From: Candidatus Marinacidobacterales bacterium
Lineage (GTDB): Bacteria > Acidobacteriota > Vicinamibacteria > Marinacidobacterales > DATDRI01
Assembly: GCA_965219415.1 (NCBI GenBank)
Contig: CBDCNP010000002.1
Coordinates: forward strand, 3,200,001-3,264,000
Direction of reading: 5' to 3'
Length of the DNA stretch: 64,000 bases
This document shows positions 1-9,751 of this stretch, piece by piece. The translations under genes were made by a program, and so were the position numbers. How positions within the stretch are numbered: position 1 is the first letter of the stretch; the number at the start of each line of letters is the position of its first letter. The notes below the pieces were generated by a model, which searched no databases, was not told the DNA's origin, and was given only the letters and a program-made list of their open reading frames with translations.

Positions 1-672
1 CGTAACGGTCGATGATCTGCGCATAGCTACGGGAGCCGATCTCCTCCTCGCCTTCCGCGGCGATCATCAGGTTGACCGGGAGATTGCCCTCCGCGGCGAT
101 AATGGATTCCACCGCGTTTAGGAAAGCGCGCTCCGGTCCCTTTTGGTTCGCTGCGCCGCGAGCCATGATCGCCGTACCGAGCTCCCCCATCTCGATGAGC
201 TCGCCGGCAAAAGGAGCGACCCGCCATTCATCGGCCACCGCGGGGACGACGTCGTACATCATGTAGACGGCGATAGTTCTCTTTGCCCCGGCGTCGTAAT
301 AGCCCCACACACCGGGATGCCCGGTAGTCGGCACCAGCTCGGCTTCCTTGAATCCCAGCCCGCGGAAATCATCGCGGACCATCGTCGCCATCTCTTCGAT
401 CCCATTGCCCTGTGCACTGTCCGAGGGTTGGCGTAACCAGCGGCGGATGTGCTCCAGATGAGCTTCTCGATGCTCGTCGATGTATACTGATAAACCGCAG
501 GGTGGTTGCCTTCGTACGCCGAAATTTCCGCGGCGTCGAAGGCTTCTTCCGTCGTCATCTCGAATTTGGAACGTTTCGACTGCGGCCCAGGACCGAACCT
601 ACTGCCGAGGCTCCCCAAGGCGGCCGCGGGTACCCCTAACAAACTGGCCTGCATGAAGTCCCGGCGCTTCAT
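1..672 (-). pseudogene. Tat-exported M20 family peptidase/dipeptidase, N-terminal part; frameshift near 485; runs off window
   Basis: Tat signal MKRRDFMQ. After the shift it reads EHIRRWLRQPS...GHPGVWG...YMMYDVVP..EWRVAPF...ARGAANQKG...EGEEEIGS (M20 motifs). ATGA overlap with the hydantoinase B stop. Confidence 0.8.
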
Positions 673-2420
673 GGTGCAGGCCTCAGCTTTCCCCTCTCCT
701 CTTCCGTCCGCTTTGCATCGAGTTTCCCCGTCGTCGCGTCGATGACCGCTCCGTAGTCTTTGAGGGCGGCCTCGGGCGATATGTAACCCCGCGCGACGTC
801 CTGCTCCACGAGCGCCGGATCACGCTCCAACGGTTCGCCGTTGCCACCGCCCCCGCCGGTCTTCATGCGTATCCGAGCTCCGGGTTTGAGTTTCAGTCCC
901 ACCGTCTTGAGCAAAACTTCTTCGGGAGCTCCCTCTTCGGTCGCGACGAAACACTCGTTGGTACGGCCCGGTTTCCCGCCGAACAATCCCCACGGGGGAC
1001 ATTGGTTTCTTTCAAAGAAGATGTTGACCTCGGCTTCCTGGTCGAGGACGCGATGCACTCGTTCATACCCCAGCCCACCGCGAAATTTCCCCGGTCCCGC
1101 CGAATCCTGCCGTAGGCCGAAGCTCTCCACCACCAGCGGTGACTTAGCCTCCAGGACCTCGACCGGTACGTTCCGCGTGTCGCCGTTCATGAGGGACGTA
1201 ACGACACTCTCTCCGTCTTCGAAGGAACGTCCACCCCATCCCCCTTGGATCCCTTCGATGTGGATGAATTTCTTGCCGGTTCTTTCGTCCTTGCCGTAAG
1301 CGATGATGGAGGAAACGGCACCGTAGTGGCCGGCGGGGACTCGATCGGGAATGGCTCCGGATAGCGCTTTGTACGTCAGATCCACGAGGACCACGAGCGG
1401 CATCGCGTAAGCCGCTACCGGCGCGGGCTCGATCGCACTCACCATGGTTCCCGGTGGAATAATCGTCTTGATGGGCCGGAAGTTTCCTTCGTTGACCAAG
1501 AGAAAAGGCGTGGTGAGTGAAACCGACGCCACCCGAGCGACTGACACCGCACACGGCGCCCCGCAGTTGATGGGACCCTTGACCATCGGGGGCATCTCGG
1601 AGAAATCGAATGTCATTTCATCCCCCGAGACACCGACTTTGATCTTTATGGGCACGTTCTTGTCGAGGTCGATGCCGTCGTTGTCGAGATAGGCGCTCGC
1701 CTCATAGTCGCCGTCGGGTATTTTCTCGATCTCTGCCCGCGCGATCCGCTCGTTGTGATCCATGAGCCGCTCAACGTAGGAGAAAGTTTCCTCCACGCCC
1801 AGCTTGGACAAGATCTCCGAGAAGCGTTTTTCTCCGGTCCGGCAAGCCGCCACCAAGGCAAAGAGGTCTCCCAGGACGATGTCGGTAAATCGTGTGTTGG
1901 TGCGGAAGAAGGAGATAATGTCCTGGTTCACTTCGCCCGCCTTGAAGAGCTTGAGAGACTTGAACCGGATGCCTTCCTGGTGCACGTCGGTGGTGTCGAA
2001 GAACCAGCCTCCTCCTGGGGCCTTCCCCCCGAGGTCGATGAGGTGCCCTCGTCCGGCCGCGAAGGCGACCAGCTTTCCCTCGAAGAAGATGGGGGAGCAA
2101 ACGCTCATGTCACCGAGATGCGTACCGGTGGTGTAGGGGTCGTTGGTGATGAGTAGGTCACCGGGCTCGATTCCGTCTAGGCCGTACGTCTTGATGCCGT
2201 CGGTGATGGAAGCCCCCAGGTTGCCGAGGAAAATGGGAAGCCCTGAAGCCTGAGCGAGCGTCCGACCTTCGGCGTCGAACAGCCCAACCGCGAAGTCCAG
2301 GACCTCGTAGATCAGTGTGCTGTGCGAGGTCCGGATGAGGTTGAGCTTCATCTCCTCGGCGGCCGCGTTCAGGCTCGAACGGAGGATCTCTTGAGTGATC
2401 GGGTCTGGTTTCTTCGCCAT
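669..2420 (-). CDS. hyuB: Hydantoinase B / 5-oxoprolinase subunit B family
   Basis: 583 aa; TNDPYTTGTHLGD, QEG, PVEVLE, DSAGPGKFRGGLG, TGGGGGNGEP motifs. Confidence 0.92.
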   Translation of the reverse strand: MAKKPDPITQEILRSSLNAAAEEMKLNLIRTSHSTLIYEVLDFAVGLFDAEGRTLAQASGLPIFLGNLGASITDGIKTYGLDGIEPGDLLITNDPYTTGTHLGDMSVCSPIFFEGKLVAFAAGRGHLIDLGGKAPGGGWFFDTTDVHQEGIRFKSLKLFKAGEVNQDIISFFRTNTRFTDIVLGDLFALVAACRTGEKRFSEILSKLGVEETFSYVERLMDHNERIARAEIEKIPDGDYEASAYLDNDGIDLDKNVPIKIKVGVSGDEMTFDFSEMPPMVKGPINCGAPCAVSVARVASVSLTTPFLLVNEGNFRPIKTIIPPGTMVSAIEPAPVAAYAMPLVVLVDLTYKALSGAIPDRVPAGHYGAVSSIIAYGKDERTGKKFIHIEGIQGGWGGRSFEDGESVVTSLMNGDTRNVPVEVLEAKSPLVVESFGLRQDSAGPGKFRGGLGYERVHRVLDQEAEVNIFFERNQCPPWGLFGGKPGRTNECFVATEEGAPEEVLLKTVGLKLKPGARIRMKTGGGGGNGEPLERDPALVEQDVARGYISPEAALKDYGAVIDATTGKLDAKRTEEERGKLRPAP

Positions 2421-2422
2421 CT

Positions 2423-4477
2423 CTAGGCTCCTATCTCGATCACGATATGACCGTGCTCGGTGATCGTGGCCTGGTCGCCTTCATGAAGCACGGTGGTCGA
2501 AGCATACTCTTCTACGATGGCCGGCCCGGTGAGCCGATTTCCGGCGCGTAGTTCCGAACGGACGTAGATCGGACACTCGAGCCAGTGAGCGCCCTCTTCC
2601 AGAAGAACCTTCCGGGTTCCGGCCATCGCCTCCTGATTCACGGTTTTCTTCCCAGCTTCCAACTTCGGGAATTGTGGGCGTTCGACCTTGCCGACCACGG
2701 TGACGCGGAGGTTCACGATCTGCGCCGGGGAGTTCGGCTCTGAAACCCCGTAGTGCGCCTGGTGGAGCTTGTCGAAGCTTTCTTTGATTTGAGGCTTAAG
2801 GTCCTCGCGAAACGTCTCTGCGGAAATTGGAACCGAGACGCTATGTTCTTGACCCACATATCTCATGTCCATGAATCGAAGCACGGAGACCGATTCGTCG
2901 GACATGCACTCGGCAGTCAAATGTTTTTTCCCTTCGGCCTCCATGGAGGCGAAGACGCGTTCGACTTTAGACGGTTCCGCCACCGCGAAATCCACCGCGA
3001 GCGTTCGGACATAGTCGTGCTTCAGGTCCGTGAGGAGCATGGCGAATGCGGAGAAGTTTCCTGGATAAAGAGGAACGATGACCTTGGGGATCTCGAGCTC
3101 CCGCGCCAGCGACGTGGCGTGGACCGGGCCGGCGCCCCCGAAGGCGATCAGGACGAAATCCCTGGGGTCGTGTCCCCGCTCGACGGTGACCGCCCTCAAC
3201 CCATGAAGCATGTTGGTGTTCACGATCTTGAGGATGCCGAGCGCCATTTCCGACGCAGTGAAATCAAACCGGGTTGCGACCTCCGAGATAGCCTTTTCTG
3301 CCGCCTCGAGGTCGAGCGGCATCTCTCCTCCAAGAAAGTTCTTCGGGTTGAGCCGGCCGGTGAGGAGATTCGCATCGGTTACCGTGGGTTCGCGACCACC
3401 CCATCCATAGCAGGCGGGTCCGGGATCGGAGCCCGCACTTCGGGGACCTACCATCAGAGCTCCCGCGTCATCGATCCAAGCGAGGCTTCCACCGCCCGCT
3501 CCCACTTCCACCAGATCGGTCACCGGCATGACGATGGGATGGCCCTTCTTGCCGCCCACTCGGTATTGGTTGGTGACTTGAGCCCGGCCGTCCTCGACGA
3601 GGCAAGCCTTGGCGGTGGTGCCTCCCATATCGAAGGAAATCACGTTGCTGTGGCCGAGAAGCTCGCCGATACCGATCGCTCCAACGACCCCTCCAGCGGG
3701 ACCGGACTCCATCAGCGTCACCGGTTTCTGGGTCGCAAGCTCTGGGCTCATGACACCACCGTTCGACTGCATGATCAGCAAAGAGCCTCGAAAGTCTTTC
3801 TTTCGAATCTCTCCTTCAAGATCTCGAACGTACTTCGTCACCCGGGGCGCGACGTACGCGTTGACACAGGTCGTGCTCGTTCGTTCGTACTCCCGGTACT
3901 CTCTCAACACTTCATGCGAGAGCGTGACCGGCATGTCGGGGCAAATCTTCCGAGCGATCTCCCCCAGCTTCTTCTCGTGTTCAGGGTTCACGTAGGAGTT
4001 GATGAGGCATACCGCCAGGGAAGCGACTCCCTGCCGTTTGAGCTCTTCCATGACCGACGCTGCCTCACCCAGATCGAGCGGCTCGAGGATGTCACCCGAG
4101 GAGCGGATTCGTTCGGTCACCTCGAACCGTAGCTCCCGCGGAACGAGCGGTTTGGGTTTGTTATAGAGGCAGTCGTACATATCCAGCCGATTCGCCCGGC
4201 CGATCTCGTAGACGTCACGGAAACCCTTGGTCGTGAGCAGAGCGGTCCTGGCTCCCTTGAGCTCGAGGAGGGTATTGATGGCGATGGTGGTACCGTGAAT
4301 CAGGTACTGTGTGTCGGAGAGATCATGCTCGACCTTCTCGACGCACTCGCGTATCGCCCTTTCGGGTGCGTCCGGTGTGCTCGAGACTTTGGTCAGCGTG
4401 AGCCGGCCGGTGCCTTCTTCTAGGGCGACGAAATCGGTGAAGGTGCCTCCGATATCGGTCGCCACTCGGTCCCGCAT
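2423..4477 (-). CDS. hyuA: Hydantoinase A / 5-oxoprolinase subunit A family
   Basis: 684 aa; DIGGTFTD, HGTT, REYERTSTT, ESGPAGG, DMGGTT, GAGGGS, FGGAGP motifs. Confidence 0.93.
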   Translation of the reverse strand: MRDRVATDIGGTFTDFVALEEGTGRLTLTKVSSTPDAPERAIRECVEKVEHDLSDTQYLIHGTTIAINTLLELKGARTALLTTKGFRDVYEIGRANRLDMYDCLYNKPKPLVPRELRFEVTERIRSSGDILEPLDLGEAASVMEELKRQGVASLAVCLINSYVNPEHEKKLGEIARKICPDMPVTLSHEVLREYREYERTSTTCVNAYVAPRVTKYVRDLEGEIRKKDFRGSLLIMQSNGGVMSPELATQKPVTLMESGPAGGVVGAIGIGELLGHSNVISFDMGGTTAKACLVEDGRAQVTNQYRVGGKKGHPIVMPVTDLVEVGAGGGSLAWIDDAGALMVGPRSAGSDPGPACYGWGGREPTVTDANLLTGRLNPKNFLGGEMPLDLEAAEKAISEVATRFDFTASEMALGILKIVNTNMLHGLRAVTVERGHDPRDFVLIAFGGAGPVHATSLARELEIPKVIVPLYPGNFSAFAMLLTDLKHDYVRTLAVDFAVAEPSKVERVFASMEAEGKKHLTAECMSDESVSVLRFMDMRYVGQEHSVSVPISAETFREDLKPQIKESFDKLHQAHYGVSEPNSPAQIVNLRVTVVGKVERPQFPKLEAGKKTVNQEAMAGTRKVLLEEGAHWLECPIYVRSELRAGNRLTGPAIVEEYASTTVLHEGDQATITEHGHIVIEIGA

Positions 4478-4483
4478 GGGTTG

Positions 4484-7131
4484 CTAAGTCTCGTCGTCGA
4501 GGGTGAGGAGCCAGATGTCGGCTTCCGAAGTTTCCATCGTGAAGTAGATGGTTCGGCCATCAGGAGTCGGTACAGGTACGCGTAGCTGGTTGGGCTTTAC
4601 CGAGAGCACTTCCTGCTGTTCCCCGGTTTGGCTGTCGATGAGAACGATTTCCTGTCGCGTGCGAAACAGGAGCTTATTTGTGTCGCCGACCCACTTAGGG
4701 CCGTTCCCGACATCACTCAGCTTCTTATACCGCTGCGACTCGAAGTCGTAAACGGCCACGCCGTCAAGCCTCCCCGAGGTTACAAGGTTGCCCGCCAAGC
4801 GACGGCCGTCCCTCGACCAGTCCCAAGGAAAAAACCCATCAGACTCATCGTCCAAAGGGGGCAACGCTTCCGGCTTCTGTTCAAGAAAGCTCGTGTCCAG
4901 TCGAAAGATGTGAGGCACAGACTGCGGGAAGAGTGTATAAGCCATCAATGATTCATCCGGCGACCACACTGGGACGTCCGCGTCATCGGTGGTATCGGTG
5001 AGCTCGCGGAGCCCGCTGCCGTCGGGGCGGACGGTCCAGATCTCATAGGTACCCGTGCGATCCGAATAGAACGCGATCCACTGACCATCGGGTGACCAGC
5101 GAGCGCCGCGGTCCCTAGCCAGGTCGTCCGTGAGCTGTCGACGCTCGCTTCCATCGGACCGCATCACGAAGAGGCCCTGTTGTTTGCTTCCCGTGCGCCC
5201 GGTGAGCCACTCGCCGTCGGGGGACGTATCGGTCACGAAGAAGCGATTAGATCCCCGCGTTACCGGGGCAGGGCTGCCCAGTGTTTCGCCGGTCGTAGGA
5301 TCGAAATCCACCTTGTGGATATTCGAAGCCACCGTCTGAGCCACGTAGGCTACTTTGCGGCCATCTCCGGACAGGCTCAGGTGTAGAGCTTCGGCGGCCA
5401 CACCGCTCGTGACCGGTTCCGGGTTGCCGAGAGCTTCGCCGGATTCCTCGCTGATGGCGACGCGCCATAAGTTTTGACTGCCCCCACGGTCACTCGAGAA
5501 GTAGAGGTATTTACCGTCCGGTGACCATACCGGGTTCCAGTCGAAGTAACCATCTTCGGTCACACGAACGGGCTCACCACCGTCTGCAGGTATCGTCCAG
5601 ATCTCGGCGCCTTCGAAGAGCGACCAGAAGGCGATGCGGTGACCGCGCGGAGACCAATGAGGCTAGCAGCATCGTCATCCGTGAGAAGCTTTTTTTCGCC
5701 GCTTGCAGTGTCGATGATCCAGAGCTCACTCGGAGTCCGATTGCGAGTGGTCAACGTCATGCCGGTCGCGCAGACGATCCGCTTTCCATCCGGCGCCCAA
5801 GCGGGGTTGTACCCGAAGTCGGCCGCTCGCTTCACCGATTCTCCGGTGCGTCCCATCACGAAAAGCCCACCACCGTCTCGCTCGGAGCGGAACAGGATCT
5901 GCTCCCCGTCCGGGGAGAAGGCGGGCTGTGTGTCGTCGGCCTCAACGCCCTCGGTGAGGTTGATGGCCCTCTCGCCGCCTACGCTCTGCAGATAGATGTC
6001 CCAATTCCCCGAGGTATCGCTGGCGTACACTACCCAGTTTCCGTCCGGCGAGAGGGTTGAAACAATTCTCGGGCGAGGTTCGTCGTGAGCTGGCTGAACC
6101 TGCCCGTAATACTTCTGTCCTTCTCGGACTGTCGATGCGGGATCGCCGGGTCTCAGGAAATACCCCACTAGAGCAGCCGCAATCGCCACCGCACCGACCG
6201 CGGCCCAGACGGTCCAGCTCTTTCGAGACGGGGCAGAGGCCTGCCCGGCCTTGAGCAGCACTCCTGAGTCAAGCTCCTGCTTGAGCTCGTCGAGCTCGTT
6301 CCTCAGATCTTTCGCCGATTGATAGCGGCGGTCGGGATCCTTTACCAGCGCGCGCTTCACGATCCGTGTGAGCTCCGGAGGGCAAGCAGGATTGAGCGTT
6401 CTCACCGACGTGGGAGTGTCGCGAAGAATCGCGGAGAGAAACGAGCCCGGCCCATCGCCTTTGAAGGGGCGCTCGCCGGCGAGCATTTCATAGAAGATGA
6501 TGCCGAGGGAGAAGATGTCCGTACGGTGATCGAGCTTCTTGCCTTCGGCTTGCTCGGGCGACATGCACGCCGCGGTTCCCACGATGCGACCCGCCTCGGT
6601 CATGGCTGCCGTAGGAAGCGCACTGTTGGAGGCGTCGCCCGCCTCCGGGCGCAGCTTGGCGAGGCCGAAGTCCAGGATCTTGAGCTGCCCCTCGTCGCTC
6701 ACCATGATGTTGTCGGGCTTCAGATCTCGATGGGTGATGCCGTGCCCGTGCGCGGAGCTCACCGCGTCCGCGACCGGGACCGGGACCGCGATCTCGAAGA
6801 ACCGCTTCAACCCCAGACCCTTCGACTCAATCAGGTCGGTGAGGGTTTTCCCGCGGACGAGCTCCATGGTGATGAAGTGGACGCCCTCCGATTCTTCGAT
6901 GGAGTGGATGGTGACGATGTTGGGGTGATTGAGCGCTGCGACCGCCTTCGCCTCGCGCTCGAACCGCTCTCGGCGCTGTGCGTTGCCCGCCATCTCCTCC
7001 GGCAACACTTTGATGGCGATCTCCCGGCCGAGCTTCGGATCCCGGGCCCGGTAAACTTCACCCATTCCACCCGCACCGAGTGCGGACAGGATCTCGTAGG
7101 AGCCCAGCTTCGTGCCGGGAGTCAAAGACAT
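4484..7131 (-). pseudogene. Ser/Thr protein kinase with TM helix and TolB/PD40 beta-propeller (kinase 1), frameshifted
   Basis: GAGGMGEVY, HRDLKPDN, DFGLAK, SPEQ, then repeated P.WSPDG units. Frameshift near 5660; apparent compensating shifts at about 6055-6115; 6-bp duplication (PVPV) near 6775. Confidence 0.88.
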
Positions 7132-7151
7132 GGCTGGCCTTTTCTAGAGGC

Positions 7152-7182
7152 AAAATAGCCCGCCACGAAGCGAAAAGTCAAA
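7152..7182 (-). promoter_or_regulatory. Putative sigma70-type promoter of kinase 1 (TTGACT-18 nt-TATTTT)
   Basis: 30/31 nt identical to 11115-11145 upstream of kinase 2. Confidence 0.55.
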
Positions 7183-7207
7183 ACGTTACGTGGCACGCAG
7201 ACTGCCG

Positions 7208-7621
7208 CTACGGCAGGAGGCGGAAAGCGTCGGAGTGTTTTGGCCGAATCGTACCAAAGTGCCGATGGTCGAGCGTGATGATGATATCGGTCTTGAAGCG
7301 TTCGGCCAGCGCGACGACCGAAGCGTCGGTTCCTCCCAGTCTCAATTTCTCGTAACGTTTTACAAGGTCGGCTACGCGTGACCACTCGGCGGGCATTGGC
7401 GCCTCCACGTCGAAGTTTTCGAGCCCGCGGAGAAAGGTCGCCTCCGCCCTCGCGCCCTCCCGTCGTCCTAATAGGTAAGTCACTTCGGCAACACACAACG
7501 CAGGGATGACCAGTTGGTATCGGGGAGACCGTAGTGCCGCGAGACAGGGCCGGTGTTGGGGGTCGGCGGTGTTTGCAGAGGCGATGAGCGGACCGCTATC
7601 CACGATCGCGATCGATATCAT
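7208..7621 (-). CDS. vapC: PIN-domain toxin (VapC-like)
   Basis: IVDSGPL..., AEVTY, GGTDASVVALAE, ITLD.RHF acidic PIN motifs; overlaps the upstream antitoxin. Confidence 0.85.
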   Translation of the reverse strand: MISIAIVDSGPLIASANTADPQHRPCLAALRSPRYQLVIPALCVAEVTYLLGRREGARAEATFLRGLENFDVEAPMPAEWSRVADLVKRYEKLRLGGTDASVVALAERFKTDIIITLDHRHFGTIRPKHSDAFRLLP

Positions 7622-7847
7622 CGCTCCATTCTCGTTCCAGCTCTTCGTCGATGTCCTTGCCGTGAACGAAACTGGGGTCGTTCACGATACCCGCCCACGG
7701 GATCTGGCGGGGTTGTTCCTCCGAGCCGACAAACGCCTGAGACAGGAGTTGGCGGATGACTTCAGAAACCGAGGCACGCTGGCGTTGAGCCTCGCGCTCG
7801 ACGAGCTCTGCAAGCTCATCCGAAAGTGTAATAGTGGTGCGCTTCAT
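7596..7847 (-). CDS. vapB: CopG/ribbon-helix-helix antitoxin
   Basis: MKRTTITLSDELAELVEREAQRQRASVSEVIRQLL RHH pattern; precedes the PIN gene. Confidence 0.85.
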   Translation of the reverse strand: MKRTTITLSDELAELVEREAQRQRASVSEVIRQLLSQAFVGSEEQPRQIPWAGIVNDPSFVHGKDIDEELEREWSDDIDRDRG

Positions 7848-8001
7848 ATACGCATACTAGCATAACAAGTCCAATCGTTCAAGCTCCAAGTAAGGCTTGG
7901 GAGAAGAGACGAAGCATCGGAGCGCAAGCCGCCCGCTAAATGCCAATTTTTCTTACGGTAATCGATTGGAACTCGTCAGAATATATGTGGTATATTTGAA
8001 C

Positions 8002-8226
8002 ATGCCGCAGCTACATCTGTATGTGCCAAGGGAGGTTGCAGCAGAATTGAAGCGTCGAGCCAAGGCCAAAGGGAAGACGGTCTCAGGTTTTCTAGGGGAG
8101 CTTGTTCAACGGGAGATCTCCGGCGCTTGGCCTGAAGGATTCTTTACGGACGTGGTCGGGGGTTGGGCCGGTGAGCCCTTGACGCGACCAGATGATTTGA
8201 AGCTCGAGGAAAGAGATGAGCTTTAG
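8002..8226 (+). CDS. vapB: RHH-type antitoxin
   Basis: MPQLHLYVPREVAAELKRRAKAKGKTVSGFL...WPEGFF..VVGGW; abuts the PIN gene. ATG 8002 preferred over the ORF-track start 7897. Confidence 0.8.
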   Translation: MPQLHLYVPREVAAELKRRAKAKGKTVSGFLGELVQREISGAWPEGFFTDVVGGWAGEPLTRPDDLKLEERDEL

Positions 8227-8652
8227 ATGTACTTGCTCGATACCAACGCCTGTATCCGAGTCCTCAACGACAGTTCTCACCCTCTGGTGAGCCGACTGCG
8301 TCAACATCATCCTGCTGAAATACGCCTCTGCTCGGTGGTGAAAGGGGAGCTGGTTTATGGGGCCCGACGGAGCTCCCGTCCAGCCGAGAACCTCCGTCTC
8401 CTGAGCCGGTTCTTCGCTCCGTTCATTTCCTTACCCTTCGAAGATCGATGCGCCGACCACTACGGTGAAATTCGCCACGACCTTCAACGGGCGGGAACGC
8501 TCATAGGCCCTAACGATCTCATAGGCCCTAACGATCTTCTGATCGCTGCCACCGCGATCGGCCACGACGCCACGTTGATAACGCACAACACGCGGGAGTT
8601 TTCCCGTGTCGTGGGACTCGCCTTGGAGGATTGGGAGGAGCCGAGTAGCTAG
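8227..8652 (+). CDS. vapC: VapC PIN-domain toxin (in-frame 18-bp duplication IGPNDL x2)
   Basis: MYLLDTNACI, GELVYGA, IGPNDLLIAATA, LITHNTREF motifs. Confidence 0.9.
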   Translation: MYLLDTNACIRVLNDSSHPLVSRLRQHHPAEIRLCSVVKGELVYGARRSSRPAENLRLLSRFFAPFISLPFEDRCADHYGEIRHDLQRAGTLIGPNDLIGPNDLLIAATAIGHDATLITHNTREFSRVVGLALEDWEEPSS

Positions 8653-8718
8653 GGCTGGGCGACGTTGGACGTGTTACTTATCTTCACAAATCCCGAATTG
8701 GCAAACGTTTTCCAAGAT

Positions 8719-8789
8719 TATGTTAAATTCACCGTTTCGAATGTACCCACTTAACTCGGTCTGGAACGAGTAACCAAAAGTAACAACTG
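8719..8789. repeat. Non-coding 71-bp element, copy A
   Basis: Ungapped 56/71 match to 11165-11235; last 21 nt identical (agtaaccaaaagtaacaactg). Confidence 0.85.
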
Positions 8790-8852
8790 ATAGATCTGGG
8801 GCAGAGCTTCCGGGACTAAACCCGCGGGAGGGTGTTATCCTAGTGAAAACCC

Positions 8853-9751
8853 GTGTTTTCCAAATTACTGAGGGACCAGTCCGGCAGGATGGTCGAGCCT
8901 CAATTATTTGTCGCGATCATGGGCATTGCAGCCGCGATCATCGTTCCCCAACTGTTGGCGCGAGGGGAAGCGCGAGATCAGGATCTCTCGGCACAATGTA
9001 TCAAGAACCTCTTTCTCATCAAGGAAGGGGCTGACCCCTCGGCTCTTGCTTGCCCGATCTCGGAGCTGGCTTACACGCCCGAGACCCGCGATGGGGTCCG
9101 AGTCCTATCCTGCGCGGATCCGGGGAACCATCTGCGTTTCGACCTAAGCCTCGTCGAGCGCGGCGAGTCATGGGAATTGCACTCCGGGCTCCCCGAGCAC
9201 CCCCACCGCCCGGTGGGGTTGTCGAAATAGAGGGGGCTCGTACCTTCTTCGAATATCGGCCGGAAGAGGTCACCATCGTAAACTCACCACCGCCGCCGCT
9301 GGAGCGTTACCTTTTCACCCCCCTCATCGTCGTAGTCCTCTTCTTTGTGTTCCTGATGCCCGCCAAATGGATTGGGTCCGCCCTTTTATCAGATTTTTCA
9401 GAAAACACACTTGGCCAATCGCTCGTCTTGTTTGTAATCTTTCTGCTACTCCTAGCACCCGGTACCATCCTTATCGCGTGGACGATCCACGGCGCCATCC
9501 ACCGCGACGAGATCGTCCTCTCCCGCGAAGATAAATCTTTGAGCATTCAAGTCTACGATCTGGGCAGGGCTTTCAGAGAAGCCGAGCCCATTCCGTCGGT
9601 GCGCGGAGTGTTTCCGGTTTTCGGAGACGACCGCTACCGCGTCGTTGCCATTTACGAAGACCAGGGGCAGATGCGACACCGGACGCTCTTCAAGTCGTCT
9701 GGATCCGGCTGGGAGGTCTCTTCCCTATTGAATCAACTCTTTGCCCTTTAA
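8853..9751 (+). pseudogene. Membrane protein with degenerate prepilin-like N-terminus; frameshift near 9205
   Basis: RDQSG|RMVEPQLFVAIMGIAAAIIVP...AQCIKNL N-terminus; the second frame carries two TM helices. Confidence 0.5.

Noticed and set aside
2753-4132. Long antisense or alternate-frame ORFs (also 18419-19486, 21795-22946, 53518-54306, 62454-63308)
   Set aside because: Shadow ORFs of well-supported genes, expected in high-GC DNA; no motifs
7190-8800. Integron cassette array carrying the TA modules
   Set aside because: No convincing attC (RYYYAAC...GTTRRRY with internal dyad) and no intI; the modules are divergent
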